Shown: positions 1-10,145 of the stretch, piece by piece
How the letters are laid out: every line of letters starts with the position of its first letter
Position numbering within the stretch: the stretch's first letter is position 1
From: Chloroflexi bacterium UBA6622
Lineage (GTDB): Bacteria; Chloroflexota; UBA11872
Length of the DNA stretch: 64,000 nucleotides
NCBI GenBank assembly: GCA_002433065.1
Contig: DJHK01000028.1
Span: 25,764-89,763, forward strand
Direction of reading: 5' to 3'
Position numbers and translations under genes: made by a program
The notes under the pieces: model-generated
The model's input: only the letters and a program-made list of their open reading frames with translations
Database searches by the model: none
What the model was told of the DNA's origin: nothing

Positions 1-163
1 CGCGAACGATTATGGCGTTCGCCGGCGCTACCGCCTGAAGGATCGATGCCTCATCAGCCTGTGTCGGGCGAGCAACCCGCGAAAAATTCTCGAGTTCCGC
101 TAGTCCGGTGGGGTCAATGGTCTCGGTTACGAGGGTTACCGGTAGTCTCGTACTGTGATTCAT
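1..163 (-). CDS. 5' end of a D-isomer-specific 2-hydroxyacid dehydrogenase (SerA-like); the gene runs off the left edge
   Basis: Not in the ORF track because it touches the edge. A minus-strand ATG at 163..161 overlaps the thrC stop as ATGA. The translation MNHSTRLPVTLVTETIDPTGLAELENFSRVARPTQADEASILQAVAPANAIIVR looks like the N-terminus of this dehydrogenase family. Only 54 aa are visible. Confidence 0.4.
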   Translation of the reverse strand, partial: MNHSTRLPVTLVTETIDPTGLAELENFSRVARPTQADEASILQAVAPANAIIVR

Positions 164-1401
164 GCTGGTAGGGGATCAATTGGTTGAACGTCGGGCCGAT
201 TAACGAGATGTGTGTACTTGAGGGCGTTTCCGGTGTTCAAAAGGACGATTCGCTCATCGCGATCGATGTCGCCGCGATCCAGCAGGTGGGAAAGCGCAGG
301 GATTAACGCTGCGCCTTCTGGTGCAGCGAGAATTCCTTCCTGGGCGGCTAACTCATGCATTCCGGTGATTAGCTCATTGTCATCAACAGCTATCGCCGTG
401 CCGTGGGTGTCTTTAAGAATTCGGAGAATGAGTCGATGTGCGAAGGGTAGAGGTACGAGTAGGCCGTTGGCTGTTGTTCGGGGATCTTCGGGGCGGACCG
501 CGCTCTCGGCGCCAGCTTCAAACGCGTCAACAATCGGTTGGCACCCGGAAGCCTGAACGGCGATTAAGCGGGGCGGTGAGCCTCGCAGCCAGCCAAGCTC
601 AGACAGTTCTTGCATCGCTTTCCATACGCCGATTAGCCCCACGCCGCCGCCGGTGGGGTAAAGCACGACATCTGGCGGATCCCAATTAAAGGCTTCAGCG
701 ATTTCCAAGCCCATCGTTTTTTTTCCTTCCACGCGATAGGGCTCTTTCATTGTTGAGGCATCAAACCAGCCGGCTTCGGTGCTTCGCTCGGCAACGATGC
801 GCCCCGCATCACTGATTACTCCTCGAACCTCTGTGACGTCAGCGCCATAAGAGATGCACTCCGCTTTGATTGGCTCAGGCGTTTTTACTGGCATTACTAC
901 ATGCAAAGTAATCCCCCATGCTGCGCAGTAGGCGGCCCATGCGCTGCCAGCGTTGCCGGCGGTCGGAATTGCAATCTCCCGAATGCCTAACTCGTGCGCG
1001 CGGGCTACGCCTACGGCTGCGCCTCGAGCTTTAAAGGTTCCAGTGGGGTTAGTCCCTTCGTCCTTAAGCCACAGGTTTTTAAGACCAAGTCGTGCTGCAA
1101 GCTGACACATCGGAATCATCGGCGTTGCTCCAGCACCGAGGTCTGGAGCGTTGAGTGGGTTGTCGAGCGGCAGTAGTTCGCGAAATTTCCAGAGATTTGC
1201 TGGGCGTTGAGCAATTATTTCAGGGGTGACCACATCACGTATCGCATCTAGGTCGTAGTGTGGCAGGAGCGTGGCCTCAGTCCCCTGACTCACCGTTTGT
1301 ATCTGCTTAGGGTCGTGAGATGTTCCAGTTTCGGCACAACGTAGTTCCAGTAACAGTGAGCGGAAAGAGGCCTTGTTCATTAATAGACCATTTGTTGACA
1401 A
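160..1401 (-). CDS. thrC: threonine synthase (PLP-dependent)
   Basis: 413-aa ORF. It has the LWKFRELLPL motif, the PLP-lysine motif NPTGTFKARG, and the YPTGGGVGLIG glycine loop. Length and layout are typical of ThrC. Confidence 0.88.
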   Translation of the reverse strand: MSTNGLLMNKASFRSLLLELRCAETGTSHDPKQIQTVSQGTEATLLPHYDLDAIRDVVTPEIIAQRPANLWKFRELLPLDNPLNAPDLGAGATPMIPMCQLAARLGLKNLWLKDEGTNPTGTFKARGAAVGVARAHELGIREIAIPTAGNAGSAWAAYCAAWGITLHVVMPVKTPEPIKAECISYGADVTEVRGVISDAGRIVAERSTEAGWFDASTMKEPYRVEGKKTMGLEIAEAFNWDPPDVVLYPTGGGVGLIGVWKAMQELSELGWLRGSPPRLIAVQASGCQPIVDAFEAGAESAVRPEDPRTTANGLLVPLPFAHRLILRILKDTHGTAIAVDDNELITGMHELAAQEGILAAPEGAALIPALSHLLDRGDIDRDERIVLLNTGNALKYTHLVNRPDVQPIDPLPA

Positions 1402-1477
1402 ATGACGTGGGCTGGAGCCTAGCGCAACCTACGGTTATGGAAAGGATTTTCGGTCTATGAACAGTTCAACGACGTGT

Positions 1478-2140
1478 TTAAGCTGCAGTGATTTGCGTCC
1501 AGACGATTCGTCGTAGCTTTGCTGGGTTGAGGATGGATATCAGGCGCTTCCGATGGTTGGAGGGTGCCAGCGCTCCAGCATTTCGAAGCTTGGTTACAGC
1601 AAGGCTTACGCTTTCCCTGACAGTTCCTAGCCGTTGTGCCAATTCTTCATGGGTGATGTGGAGGTCCGTTTCTCCTTTACCCTCCGCCATCTGAAGGATT
1701 TCGAGCGCTACCGATGCCTCAACATTTTCGAGTGCAATCTGGCTTGTGCGCTGTTCAACTTTGGAGATTCTCAGAGCCTGGCGGTGTAGAAGTTCCAGTA
1801 AGAAACTAGGATTTCGATTGGTTAGTCGGCGAAAGCTAGGAATGCTGAACCATGCGATGGTGGCAGGTCCATCAGCCTCAATTACTGTCCGGTCGCTGAT
1901 GGCTGTGGGAAAAACATTTTCGAACCAATCGCCTTTAACTAATGGTGCTGTTGCAACTCTTCGACCATTGGGACTAATCCGCCACACAATTACCGACCCA
2001 TAGCAAACAATCCCAATTCGAGCCTCGTCTATCGCGGGATCCATTACGACTTCGCCATCTCGGTACATAATCGAACGTGCGTCTTCTCCACGAAGGATTT
2101 CGACCAAATCGGACTTTGTTATGGGGATTTTGGTAGCCAT
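1478..2140 (-). CDS. Crp/Fnr-family transcriptional regulator
   Basis: 220 aa. An N-terminal cNMP-binding-like beta-roll is followed by a C-terminal HTH (ITHEELAQRLGTVRESVSLAVTKLRNAGAL). Confidence 0.85.
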   Translation of the reverse strand: MATKIPITKSDLVEILRGEDARSIMYRDGEVVMDPAIDEARIGIVCYGSVIVWRISPNGRRVATAPLVKGDWFENVFPTAISDRTVIEADGPATIAWFSIPSFRRLTNRNPSFLLELLHRQALRISKVEQRTSQIALENVEASVALEILQMAEGKGETDLHITHEELAQRLGTVRESVSLAVTKLRNAGALAPSNHRKRLISILNPAKLRRIVWTQITAA

Positions 2141-2280
2141 CGGTGGAGTTGTTTCCTATATGAGACACGTCTTCAATAGCTTGTTGAGACGATACCTACC
2201 TCACATGAGAAGACGTTAAGAAAACCGTATAGGTCTTCATCGGCATTTGGATTGTTGGGATCAGAAAAGCATGAGGATGA

Positions 2281-3681
2281 TCATGATCGAGGCACAGGTT
2301 CTGACGGGAGTCTTATTTCAAATTCGGCACCGCCCAACTTTGAATTTCTGGCAGTCACGTTCCCGCCGTGCGCCTCGGCGACGCCCCGTACGATGGTCAG
2401 ACCTAGTCCTGTACCACCGCTCTTGCGAGATCGTGCTCGATCAATTCTGTAAAAACGTTCAAAGACGTGGTTTAGGTGGTCAGGTGGGATTCCATAGCCA
2501 TCATCCCGGACTTTTATAGATATCTCCTGATTATCAATTTCGAGGTGAATCTCAATAATTCCATTTTCGGAAGTAGCAGTGATGGCGTTCCGTAATAGAT
2601 TTCGAATCGCGAGTTCGATTTTTTCTTCGTCGCCGAACGTCGAAGAATGATTGGGATCGTGAATCGTGATTGAGCGTTGCCCCGTCAATGGCTGCATGTC
2701 ATGAATGATCCGTTTGGTGAGCGAGTGCATATCGATTGACTCAACGTGCAGATCTCCAGGCATATCCAGCTTGGTGACCGAGAGCAGATCGTCGACAATC
2801 CGTTGCATTCGGTCAGCTTCACGGATGATCGCTGGTGACGCTTCCTTCGCGCTTTGAGGATTCCCTCTGAGCAATTCAGCATTGCCCCGGATTACTGTCA
2901 GGGGTGTTTGAAGTTCGTGAGAAGCGTCGCCGATAAATCGCTGTTGGTTGCCAACGGCCTCTTCGATGTGGTCGAGCATTCGATTGAAGGTTCGGCCGAG
3001 TGTGCTTAGCTCGTCCGATCCGCGGCCGGCGTTGATCCGACGACCAAGGTCACTTTGCCGGTAAATTGCTTCGGCCGTTTTAGTAATCTCGGCTACAGGG
3101 TCCATTGCTTTCCTTGTGAGGTACAAGGCGCTGAGTCCGCCGATAATTGCGACTCCTACCGAGCCAGCAATTAGTAATTTCCCGAATTGCTCAAGCGTGT
3201 TATCCCCAACGTACATAGATCGAGAGGCTTGCAGTAGAGCGACAAGCCGACCTTCGTGCACGATCGGCACCGTAAAAATGCGAAGCCGGTAACGACCCTC
3301 GATGGGAAGCATTTCCGATATATTTTGCCGAGAACTTTGTGCCTTCAGCGCGTCGCTGGTTACTGGTAGTCGCTGTCCGTGCAAATTAATCGAGGAAGCC
3401 ACCCAACGGCCTGTTGGATCAAGGACCTGCAGGTACACGTCGCTTTCACGTAGATCTGCGGTTTGAGGGCGGAGAAGTTTGCCAATGTCTCTAGCGGTCG
3501 TTTCAGTCGTCATCCCCGATTCTGCTATGCGAACTATTGTTCTGGTACGGGACTGAAGAGTTCGATCGATCTCAGTTTCAACATGATCAACAAGAAGCTT
3601 CATGAGGCCGGCGCCAAAGCCAATGATGGTTACGAGGAAGAAAACCAGATACAGGATTCCCAGTTTTAGCCGAATGCTCAT
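2281..3681 (-). CDS. sensor histidine kinase (two TM segments, HAMP, HisKA, HATPase)
   Basis: H-box FIGDASHELQTPLTVIRGN, N-box LLRNAITAT, G-boxes DDGYGIP and GGTGLGLTIVRG. I place the start at the ATG at 3681, which overlaps the regulator stop as ATGA. The track's upstream ATG is at 3726. Confidence 0.9.
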   Translation of the reverse strand: MSIRLKLGILYLVFFLVTIIGFGAGLMKLLVDHVETEIDRTLQSRTRTIVRIAESGMTTETTARDIGKLLRPQTADLRESDVYLQVLDPTGRWVASSINLHGQRLPVTSDALKAQSSRQNISEMLPIEGRYRLRIFTVPIVHEGRLVALLQASRSMYVGDNTLEQFGKLLIAGSVGVAIIGGLSALYLTRKAMDPVAEITKTAEAIYRQSDLGRRINAGRGSDELSTLGRTFNRMLDHIEEAVGNQQRFIGDASHELQTPLTVIRGNAELLRGNPQSAKEASPAIIREADRMQRIVDDLLSVTKLDMPGDLHVESIDMHSLTKRIIHDMQPLTGQRSITIHDPNHSSTFGDEEKIELAIRNLLRNAITATSENGIIEIHLEIDNQEISIKVRDDGYGIPPDHLNHVFERFYRIDRARSRKSGGTGLGLTIVRGVAEAHGGNVTARNSKLGGAEFEIRLPSEPVPRS

Positions 3682-4367
3682 GCTCTTTCGCCTCGCAACA
3701 CGTACCCGATCCCTCGGACGGTCCATATGAGGCGTGAGCCGGAGTTATCTTCGAGCTTTCGACGTAAATAGCCGACATATACATCTACCACGTTCGACGA
3801 TGCTGAGGATCCGAAGCTCCAAACGGATTCCAACAGGTGCTCACGGGCAAGTACCCGGTTTGGGTTGTTGAGGAAAGTCACCAGCAGATCAAATTCTTTG
3901 GCCGTCAAGTCCAGAACGTTACTTCCGCGTACGACGCGCCGAGCTTCTGTGTCCACCGCGATACCAGCAAAGGTCAGTAGGTTTACACCCTGGGTTCCTG
4001 GTCGGCGAAGTAAGGCCCGAAGGCGTGATACGAGTTCCGCAAAGACGAATGGTTTTGGAAGGTAGTCATCGCCGCCTGCGTCCAAGCCGCTGATTCGATC
4101 GCGAACTTGCTTTCGAGCGCTTAGAAACAAAACAGGCACATCACTTGTAGAGCGAATTTTTTTCACAACCTCAAAGCCGTCAAGGTCGGGCATCATAATG
4201 TCTAGGACAACGACGTCGATTTTGGAGGTTTTCAGCGTTCTTAGGGCGGTTTTTCCGTTAGCAGCAATACGCACATTGAAGCCCTCGACGGCGAGGCCTC
4301 GTCGCAGTAAATCTAGAATTTCGGGGTCGTCGTCGACCGCAAGTAGTTGTGGCTTATCACTAGGCAT
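3678..4367 (-). CDS. OmpR/PhoB-family response regulator
   Basis: Receiver domain (LLAVDDDPEILDLL, VVVLDIMMPDLDG, YLPKPF) plus winged helix (LTAKEFDLLVTF, VDVYVGYLRRKLE, IWTVRGIGYVL). Translationally coupled to the kinase. Confidence 0.92.
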   Translation of the reverse strand: MPSDKPQLLAVDDDPEILDLLRRGLAVEGFNVRIAANGKTALRTLKTSKIDVVVLDIMMPDLDGFEVVKKIRSTSDVPVLFLSARKQVRDRISGLDAGGDDYLPKPFVFAELVSRLRALLRRPGTQGVNLLTFAGIAVDTEARRVVRGSNVLDLTAKEFDLLVTFLNNPNRVLAREHLLESVWSFGSSASSNVVDVYVGYLRRKLEDNSGSRLIWTVRGIGYVLRGERA

Positions 4368-4435
4368 GATCGGGTCCCTGCAGGAAGCCTACATTGGGTT
4401 TTCCGTTCTTTGACACGGTACATTGGTGTTCGAAC

Positions 4436-4936
4436 ATGACGACGAAAACATTTTACTTTTTTGCCCTCCGAGTGTTTCGGTTTTGGTTCGGGTTGTTTGC
4501 GGCTGTTGTGCTGACTTTTGTGCTATTAGCCTGTACGGGTGACGGTGTGCCAAAACTCGATACGTCTGATGCGCTAGATAAGGTGCGTGCGACGGTTGAA
4601 ATTGAACTCGGGACTACAAAGGTGACGGCGAGTGGCCGACAAAATATATGGGTTGCTGGTTCAAACGGGTGGAATCCTTGCGAAGAATCTCATGACGCCA
4701 AGCATCCGCCGGAAGACTGTTGGATCCGGGTGATGATTGACGATACGCAGATTGCGGTTGTGTTACCTGAACCCGATGGGACGTTTGGGCCATTTCCTAT
4801 CGCGATCCATTTCGATGTTTTTGAGTTTCATGTGGGCTTGCGCCAAATCCAGTTTGTACAAGTGGGACGTCTGGAAGTGCGAGAAACCAAGCCGCTGACG
4901 CTTGAGTTTGAAGCGCCTTCTTCTGGCTCGCCGTAG
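4436..4936 (+). CDS. hypothetical lipoprotein
   Basis: ATG at 4436 inside track ORF 4394..4936. Hydrophobic signal sequence ending in a lipobox-like VLLAC. No recognisable domain. Divergent from the two-component operon. Confidence 0.5.
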   Translation: MTTKTFYFFALRVFRFWFGLFAAVVLTFVLLACTGDGVPKLDTSDALDKVRATVEIELGTTKVTASGRQNIWVAGSNGWNPCEESHDAKHPPEDCWIRVMIDDTQIAVVLPEPDGTFGPFPIAIHFDVFEFHVGLRQIQFVQVGRLEVRETKPLTLEFEAPSSGSP

Positions 4937-4981
4937 AGGGAGAGGCTTCCGCTTAGTCTGACCCTCATTTAATTTCGGGGG

Positions 4982-5863
4982 TCAGCCACGAGGAACTTCC
5001 GTGAGCATTATTGATCGGACAAGAGCCAGGTCGTCTAAAAGCTCGTCGATTTTTTCGACACGTGCGATTTGCAGTATTAGGGCAAGTACTTTTTCGTGTT
5101 CAGCAACCAGTAAGCTCGCGACGTAAACGTCTGAGCCACTAGAAACTCGGGTTCTGGCTGCAGCTGTTTGAAACTCTTTGACCGGGGTCTCAATCGTGGT
5201 TAGCTCTAAAATATCTGCAGCCTGCGTGCTTTTCTGGAATCCCTTAACGAGGCCACCCGCAATTGTCTGAAGATATTCGTCTGGCCTTTCGATTAAGTCG
5301 TTAGCTATTAGTTGTTGTCGGCTTGATGTGGCTTGGCCTACAAACGCGAGGCCCAGAAGAAACGGTTCCGGTTTTCGGATGACGATGGGGTCAAGAAATA
5401 GCCCCTCGAGACCGAATTCCATGGACGTGTGGTCACCATCTTGTCCTCGAGAAATGGCCATGCCGAGGTTTTCAGCCAGTGATGTTAGATCCGGTAGGCG
5501 TGCGAGCAGCTCAAGCTCGCTGTAGCGGAATAAATCTTCGGTGGGAAGAGACGAAGTTTCTGGTGTGATCGATAGATTCTTCGTGGGGACGCCTGAGGGC
5601 GTCTCAGATTGGGTTTTAGTAACAGGGGCGTTGGTTGGGATTGGGATTGGCGACGGGCTTATGGGAATGGCCTCATTCGGGGTGGTGGTAGCGGTGGCTA
5701 TTGGAATAGGCGTCCATGTCGGCGTCGGCATCGGTGTCGGCGAAGGCGTGATTGTGGTGACTGTGGATGTTGAGAGGGGTCTACATGCGGCAGCGCAGGT
5801 GATGACGACTAGTGCGACCGTGGCAGCTACGTTTCTCATAACCAAAAGTAAAATGTGTTTCAC
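4982..5863 (-). CDS. hypothetical secreted protein or lipoprotein with a Pro/Thr-rich linker
   Basis: 293 aa. Signal peptide (VALVVITCAAAC), an ~80-aa P/T/I-rich low-complexity linker (TPSPTPMPTPTWTPIPIATATTTP), then an unassigned ~190-aa C-terminal domain. 4-nt overlap with the upstream M29 gene. Confidence 0.55.
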   Translation of the reverse strand: MKHILLLVMRNVAATVALVVITCAAACRPLSTSTVTTITPSPTPMPTPTWTPIPIATATTTPNEAIPISPSPIPIPTNAPVTKTQSETPSGVPTKNLSITPETSSLPTEDLFRYSELELLARLPDLTSLAENLGMAISRGQDGDHTSMEFGLEGLFLDPIVIRKPEPFLLGLAFVGQATSSRQQLIANDLIERPDEYLQTIAGGLVKGFQKSTQAADILELTTIETPVKEFQTAAARTRVSSGSDVYVASLLVAEHEKVLALILQIARVEKIDELLDDLALVRSIMLTEVPRG

Positions 5864-6870
5864 ACGGCTAAACGTCCGTCTTCTATAACCACTATTCCAT
5901 CAGCAATCACTGTCGGATGTGAGATCACCCCGTCCAGGTGAAAGGGGACATCCACCGTGCCCCCGATGTGGAGGCTGTTGCCGAGAGCTACATGGGCGGT
6001 TCCGGCGACCTTTTCGCTTTCGAGGATGTTTCCGCTTAGCCGAGTTTCTGGGTTTGTGCCGATCCCAAGTTCCGCAATGTTTCTGGCCCCGACTCCTACT
6101 TTGCTGAAGATGCCCTGTAAGGCGTGTGCGCCAGTGCCCTCAATTGTCTGTGCCAGCCCATCTCGTACTTCAATGATTGTGGGTTCATCTGGTTTTTGAG
6201 CTTCTGCTCCAGGATCCATCGAACTTGCATCAATTACCAGCGTACCTTCGGCTTTACCTTCGACTGGTGCGACATATGATTCGCCGCCTGGAAGGTTGCC
6301 GAAAGCACCCGGGGCCGTGAAAACCCCCGAGGAAGGTCTTCCAGCTCGTCCTGCAATGTCCAGCAGAAGATTTGTGCCAGCCGGAGCCGTCAGGTGTGCG
6401 GATGATGCCCGAGTGAGAATCTCGGCAATCGCATGACATCTGCGATCGATTTCCTGATAGTCAACACGGAGCGTGCGCATCGCTATTTCGTATGTGATTG
6501 ACGGCATGCTTACGATTCTTGTTCCTGTCGCGCTCGCATCATCACGGGCTTTCGTATGGCTCATGGATTTGGTCGTGGCAAGGAACCCGACATCGGCTTG
6601 GGCAAGTGCCAAAGACACGTCGGCTGGGGGCTCGCTTCCATGCTCTACAGTTACCGGCATTATGAGGAGGCGGACATCTCGGGTTTTGCAGAGGGCGCCT
6701 CTGGCGAAAAGTTCTCCGATGTGTTGCATGGGAGGATCTGTGATCACAACGACGTGTTCAGTACTTTTGAGAGAAACCGACTGATTCATCACTGCATCAA
6801 GCATGTCGTACTCATCGTGGTTTAATTCACGCTGTTCTATTTCGGTTTGACTAATCTCTCGGAGATTCAC
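5860..6870 (-). CDS. M29-family aminopeptidase (AmpS/PepS, aminopeptidase T-like)
   Basis: 336 aa. C-terminal signature GIGTNPETRLSGNILESEKVAGTAHVALGN...VPFHLDGV matches the conserved M29/COG2309 metal-binding core. Confidence 0.72.
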   Translation of the reverse strand: MNLREISQTEIEQRELNHDEYDMLDAVMNQSVSLKSTEHVVVITDPPMQHIGELFARGALCKTRDVRLLIMPVTVEHGSEPPADVSLALAQADVGFLATTKSMSHTKARDDASATGTRIVSMPSITYEIAMRTLRVDYQEIDRRCHAIAEILTRASSAHLTAPAGTNLLLDIAGRAGRPSSGVFTAPGAFGNLPGGESYVAPVEGKAEGTLVIDASSMDPGAEAQKPDEPTIIEVRDGLAQTIEGTGAHALQGIFSKVGVGARNIAELGIGTNPETRLSGNILESEKVAGTAHVALGNSLHIGGTVDVPFHLDGVISHPTVIADGIVVIEDGRLAV

Positions 6871-6954
6871 GGCGTACCTGTGTCGATGTAATTACTAGGT
6901 GCAGTGTGACATTAGAGACGTAGGCTGTGTTGGTGGTGTATGTAGGAGCTGACG

Positions 6955-7929
6955 ATGTCAGGAAGCTTCTCTAGGCTCCTGTCCTCTCTGCGTTTCCCGA
7001 GGGTTAGACCCTCCCTGATCGTACGTTTTGTTTTGGGAGGTCTAGGTGTTGGGATCGCAGCAATACTTCTGATTTCTGCGGGCGCTGCATGGAGAATCAC
7101 GCATCCGCCACAGGAATCTCAGATCCAGACTCGGCTTGACAAGGATGTTGGATGGGTGCGATTTGACTTTCCAACTCGCGATGGGGCTACCTTAGCTGGT
7201 TGGTTCGGTCCGGTCATTGACCCGATAGGGACGGTGATTTTGGCGCACGGTGCGGGCGGGTCCCACCAGGATATTCTTGGCAAGGCGCATTTTGTACGAC
7301 GTGCTGGGTATCACGCGTTTGTTTTCGACTTTTTGGGACATGGGCTAAGCGATTCTGGGGTGGTCAGTCTAGGTGCATATGAGGTCAAAGATCTTTTAGC
7401 TGCGGTAGATCTTGTGGTTCGTTTGCCTGGGGTTGATCCTAGTCGGGTTGCGGTGCTCGGAGATTCAATGGGGGGTGCGGTGGCTATTATGGCGGCGGCC
7501 CGCGACCCACGGATTGCGGCGGTTATTGCCGAGTCATCCTATGCTCGACTTGACCGAACAACATCTGAGTCGTTTTACGAGTTTTTGCAGCTTCCGGCGT
7601 TTCCATTCGCCGGTCCTGTGAAATTTTTTGGCCGCCTATTTTCCGGGGTGGATGTTACTGATATAAACCCGGTTAATGAAATTGGTCGAATTAGCCCACG
7701 CCCAGTTTTTATAATTCACGGGAGTGCTGACAGGCAGGTTTCGGCGCAGGCCGGTCGAGAATTATATGACGCTGCGCAGGAACCGCGTGTAATCTGGCAG
7801 CCAGCGCGCGTTGGACATGTGGCATCGTTCTACACGTTCTACAGTCGTTTTGATTACCATGCTCGCGTGGGCGCGTTTCTGGCCCAGGCTCTTGGTCGGC
7901 CGAACGTGGCAACGGAGGGTGATGTGTGA
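6955..7929 (+). CDS. membrane-anchored alpha/beta hydrolase
   Basis: 324 aa. N-terminal TM segment, nucleophile elbow GDSMGG, a later Asp (HGSADRQV) and His (RVGHVASF) consistent with a Ser-Asp-His triad. Confidence 0.8.
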   Translation: MSGSFSRLLSSLRFPRVRPSLIVRFVLGGLGVGIAAILLISAGAAWRITHPPQESQIQTRLDKDVGWVRFDFPTRDGATLAGWFGPVIDPIGTVILAHGAGGSHQDILGKAHFVRRAGYHAFVFDFLGHGLSDSGVVSLGAYEVKDLLAAVDLVVRLPGVDPSRVAVLGDSMGGAVAIMAAARDPRIAAVIAESSYARLDRTTSESFYEFLQLPAFPFAGPVKFFGRLFSGVDVTDINPVNEIGRISPRPVFIIHGSADRQVSAQAGRELYDAAQEPRVIWQPARVGHVASFYTFYSRFDYHARVGAFLAQALGRPNVATEGDV

Positions 7930-8019
7930 TTCATTACGCTGTGTTTGAAACGTCGGTGCTACCATCTCCCGGGTTTTGTTGACGAAACCGCAACTATAGA
8001 TTTCTAAGGGAAGTTACGA

Positions 8020-8577
8020 GTGGAGCGAAGCGGATCTTCAGTCACGGATACGACAATCGTCGTGCTGACTCTTTTGTTGGGTGGGTTTTTCTGGCTAATT
8101 ACATGGCTTCCGTCGCTCGGATTGCGTCAAGCCGGAGACGACTGGAACATTCCGGCTGAGTTTTCTGCACGTGCAAATCCAGTTGTGGCAAGTAGTGATG
8201 TTTTAATGCGAGGGCGTGAACAGTATTTGTTCACATGTGCTAAGTGCCACGGGTTTTTAGCGGATGGTCATGGGCCGCAGATAGAGCTACTGATGCCACG
8301 GCCGTTGAACTTTACCCATCGTGACGTCCAGAATCGCACTGATGGGGATCTTTTTTACATCATTTCTACGGGACGGGATTCGATGCCGGAGTATGGGTCT
8401 CGGGCCACTGAAAAAGAAATTTGGGAACTCGTGCACTACATTCGCGCCACTGTCCATCTGCCGGGCCACTACGATGAATCTGATCCAAACGACTTGATTT
8501 TGAACCCTGGCATGATTACGACAGCAAGGCCAGATACGCCTATAACGCCCATACCGCTCATAGGTCCGGATCGTTAG
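8020..8577 (+). CDS. membrane-anchored mono-heme c-type cytochrome
   Basis: 185 aa, GTG start. One TM anchor, one CxxCH site (CAKCHG), and a distal Met region (ISTGRDSMPEYG). Paralog of 45559..45999. Confidence 0.8.
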   Translation: MERSGSSVTDTTIVVLTLLLGGFFWLITWLPSLGLRQAGDDWNIPAEFSARANPVVASSDVLMRGREQYLFTCAKCHGFLADGHGPQIELLMPRPLNFTHRDVQNRTDGDLFYIISTGRDSMPEYGSRATEKEIWELVHYIRATVHLPGHYDESDPNDLILNPGMITTARPDTPITPIPLIGPDR

Positions 8578-8601
8578 TCGGGGAACTGCGGAAAGCCTGA
8601 C

Positions 8602-10017
8602 GTGGGCAGCGACGATTGGGTTTTTGCATCGGTTCTCGAGATCTCAACAGCGGTTCGTGAGGGGAAGATCAGCGCGCTCGAGGTCACCAACGCTGCATTA
8701 GAACGGATTGAGGCGACTGACCACAGCATACGGGCGTTTAGACATGTGGATGTTGAAGGGGCTCGGGCAGCAGCGTTGGAACTAGACACGGCTAGGCGTA
8801 GTGGCGTGAGCCTGGGAGCTCTCGCTGGCGTGCCAATCGCGGTCAAAGAAAATGTTCCGGTAAACGGCTTGCCTCGTGAAGTTGGGTCGTTAGTTCGACG
8901 TGGTGAGCGATCAGATTCGGATGCTCTCGCGGTAGGGCGTTTGCGTTCTGCTCACGGGATCATTATTGGGATGACGTGCATGCCCGAGTATGGTCATATC
9001 GGATTGGGGCATAGCCCGCTAGGGCCCGCCACCAGGAATCCATGGTCAATGTCGCATACCCCTGGCGGATCAAGTAGTGGTTCTGCTGCGGCGGTGGCAT
9101 CAGGACAAGCTGCCTTGGCTCTTGGTACTGATGGCGGCGGTTCGATACGTATCCCGTCGGCTTGTTGTGGCGTGGTGGGCCACAAGCCGACGCTTGGTCG
9201 TGTTCCCCATGCACCGCTGCGTGCCGGATTCGCACCGATGTCGCATTTAGGCCCTATTGGTCGCAGTGTTGGTGATGTGGCCATGATGCTGGATGTCATT
9301 GCCGCGCAAGATCATCGCGATCCAGCGTCCTTCCCGTCCGAGGGAGTGTGCTATGCAGAGATATCTCAAGAATCGCGAAGTGAAGGCCGGATCGGATGGG
9401 CTCCACAACTGGGAACAACTACTGTCGATGACGACGTGCTTAAGGTCTGTGGGAGTGCTGTTGAGGCGTTGGTGGCTAACGGTTATACAGTGGTGGATAT
9501 AGATCCGTTTCTCGATGACTGGACCGATGCATGGGCGATTCTTTTTGATGTCATGATGGCTTCTCTGGTTGCCGAACGCCTGTCAGACATTTATCGACTT
9601 TCTGAGCCGAGCTTAATTGCACGTGTCGAGCATGGACTTGGGGTAGACGCAATTGAGATTGCTAAGGCAGAGGCCACGCGGCGGGATGTCTGGGCCGCGT
9701 TTCACAGGATATACGAGCAGTTCGATGTAGATGTAGTTGTGACGCCAGCGCTTCTGGATCCACCTCTGCCAGTTGATCCCCAGACCGGGGTTATTGATGA
9801 GCCTGAGGCATGGTCGGACCGGTGGTTTATGCACATGTATCCGGCGAACCTGACAGGGCAACCGGCGGCCAGTGTTCCCGTTGGGACGACGGTTGATGGA
9901 CTTCCGGTCGGTCTCCAGGTCATGGGGTCACGGTTTGCTGACGGTAAAGTAATCAGGTTTGCAAGTGCCGTGGAGCGGTGTATTAACTGGTTGGGTACAC
10001 GCCCGGATTTTGATTAG
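8602..10017 (+). CDS. amidase (amidase-signature family)
   Basis: 471 aa. AS signature GGSSSGSAAAVASGQAALALGTDGGGSIRIPSACCGVVGHKPT with the Ser-cisSer-Lys context. Confidence 0.9.
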   Translation: MGSDDWVFASVLEISTAVREGKISALEVTNAALERIEATDHSIRAFRHVDVEGARAAALELDTARRSGVSLGALAGVPIAVKENVPVNGLPREVGSLVRRGERSDSDALAVGRLRSAHGIIIGMTCMPEYGHIGLGHSPLGPATRNPWSMSHTPGGSSSGSAAAVASGQAALALGTDGGGSIRIPSACCGVVGHKPTLGRVPHAPLRAGFAPMSHLGPIGRSVGDVAMMLDVIAAQDHRDPASFPSEGVCYAEISQESRSEGRIGWAPQLGTTTVDDDVLKVCGSAVEALVANGYTVVDIDPFLDDWTDAWAILFDVMMASLVAERLSDIYRLSEPSLIARVEHGLGVDAIEIAKAEATRRDVWAAFHRIYEQFDVDVVVTPALLDPPLPVDPQTGVIDEPEAWSDRWFMHMYPANLTGQPAASVPVGTTVDGLPVGLQVMGSRFADGKVIRFASAVERCINWLGTRPDFD

Positions 10018-10145
10018 TCGCACGGTGCACGGGCATTCTTATTGAATGACCTACAATTGGTCGTGGTCGTCGACCATTTACTCGGTGCGTCTGTGGGCAG
10101 GTTTCGTTTGCACCGTGCTTATATTTTTTAATCAGAGAGGTCTTG

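Noticed and set aside
5560-5790. Repetitive GGC/GTC/ATT-rich nucleotide tract
   Set aside because: It is explained by the Pro/Thr/Ile-rich linker of the minus-strand secreted protein. It is not a tandem DNA repeat with a fixed unit and not a CRISPR array.
10020-10118. 10-bp inverted repeat (GCACGGTGCA / TGCACCGTGC) enclosing 79 nt upstream of citrate synthase, followed by a T-rich run
   Set aside because: With free spacing up to ~200 nt, about ten such 10-bp pairs are expected by chance in 64 kb. I found no recognisable riboswitch consensus. It might still be part of the amidase terminator or the gltA leader.
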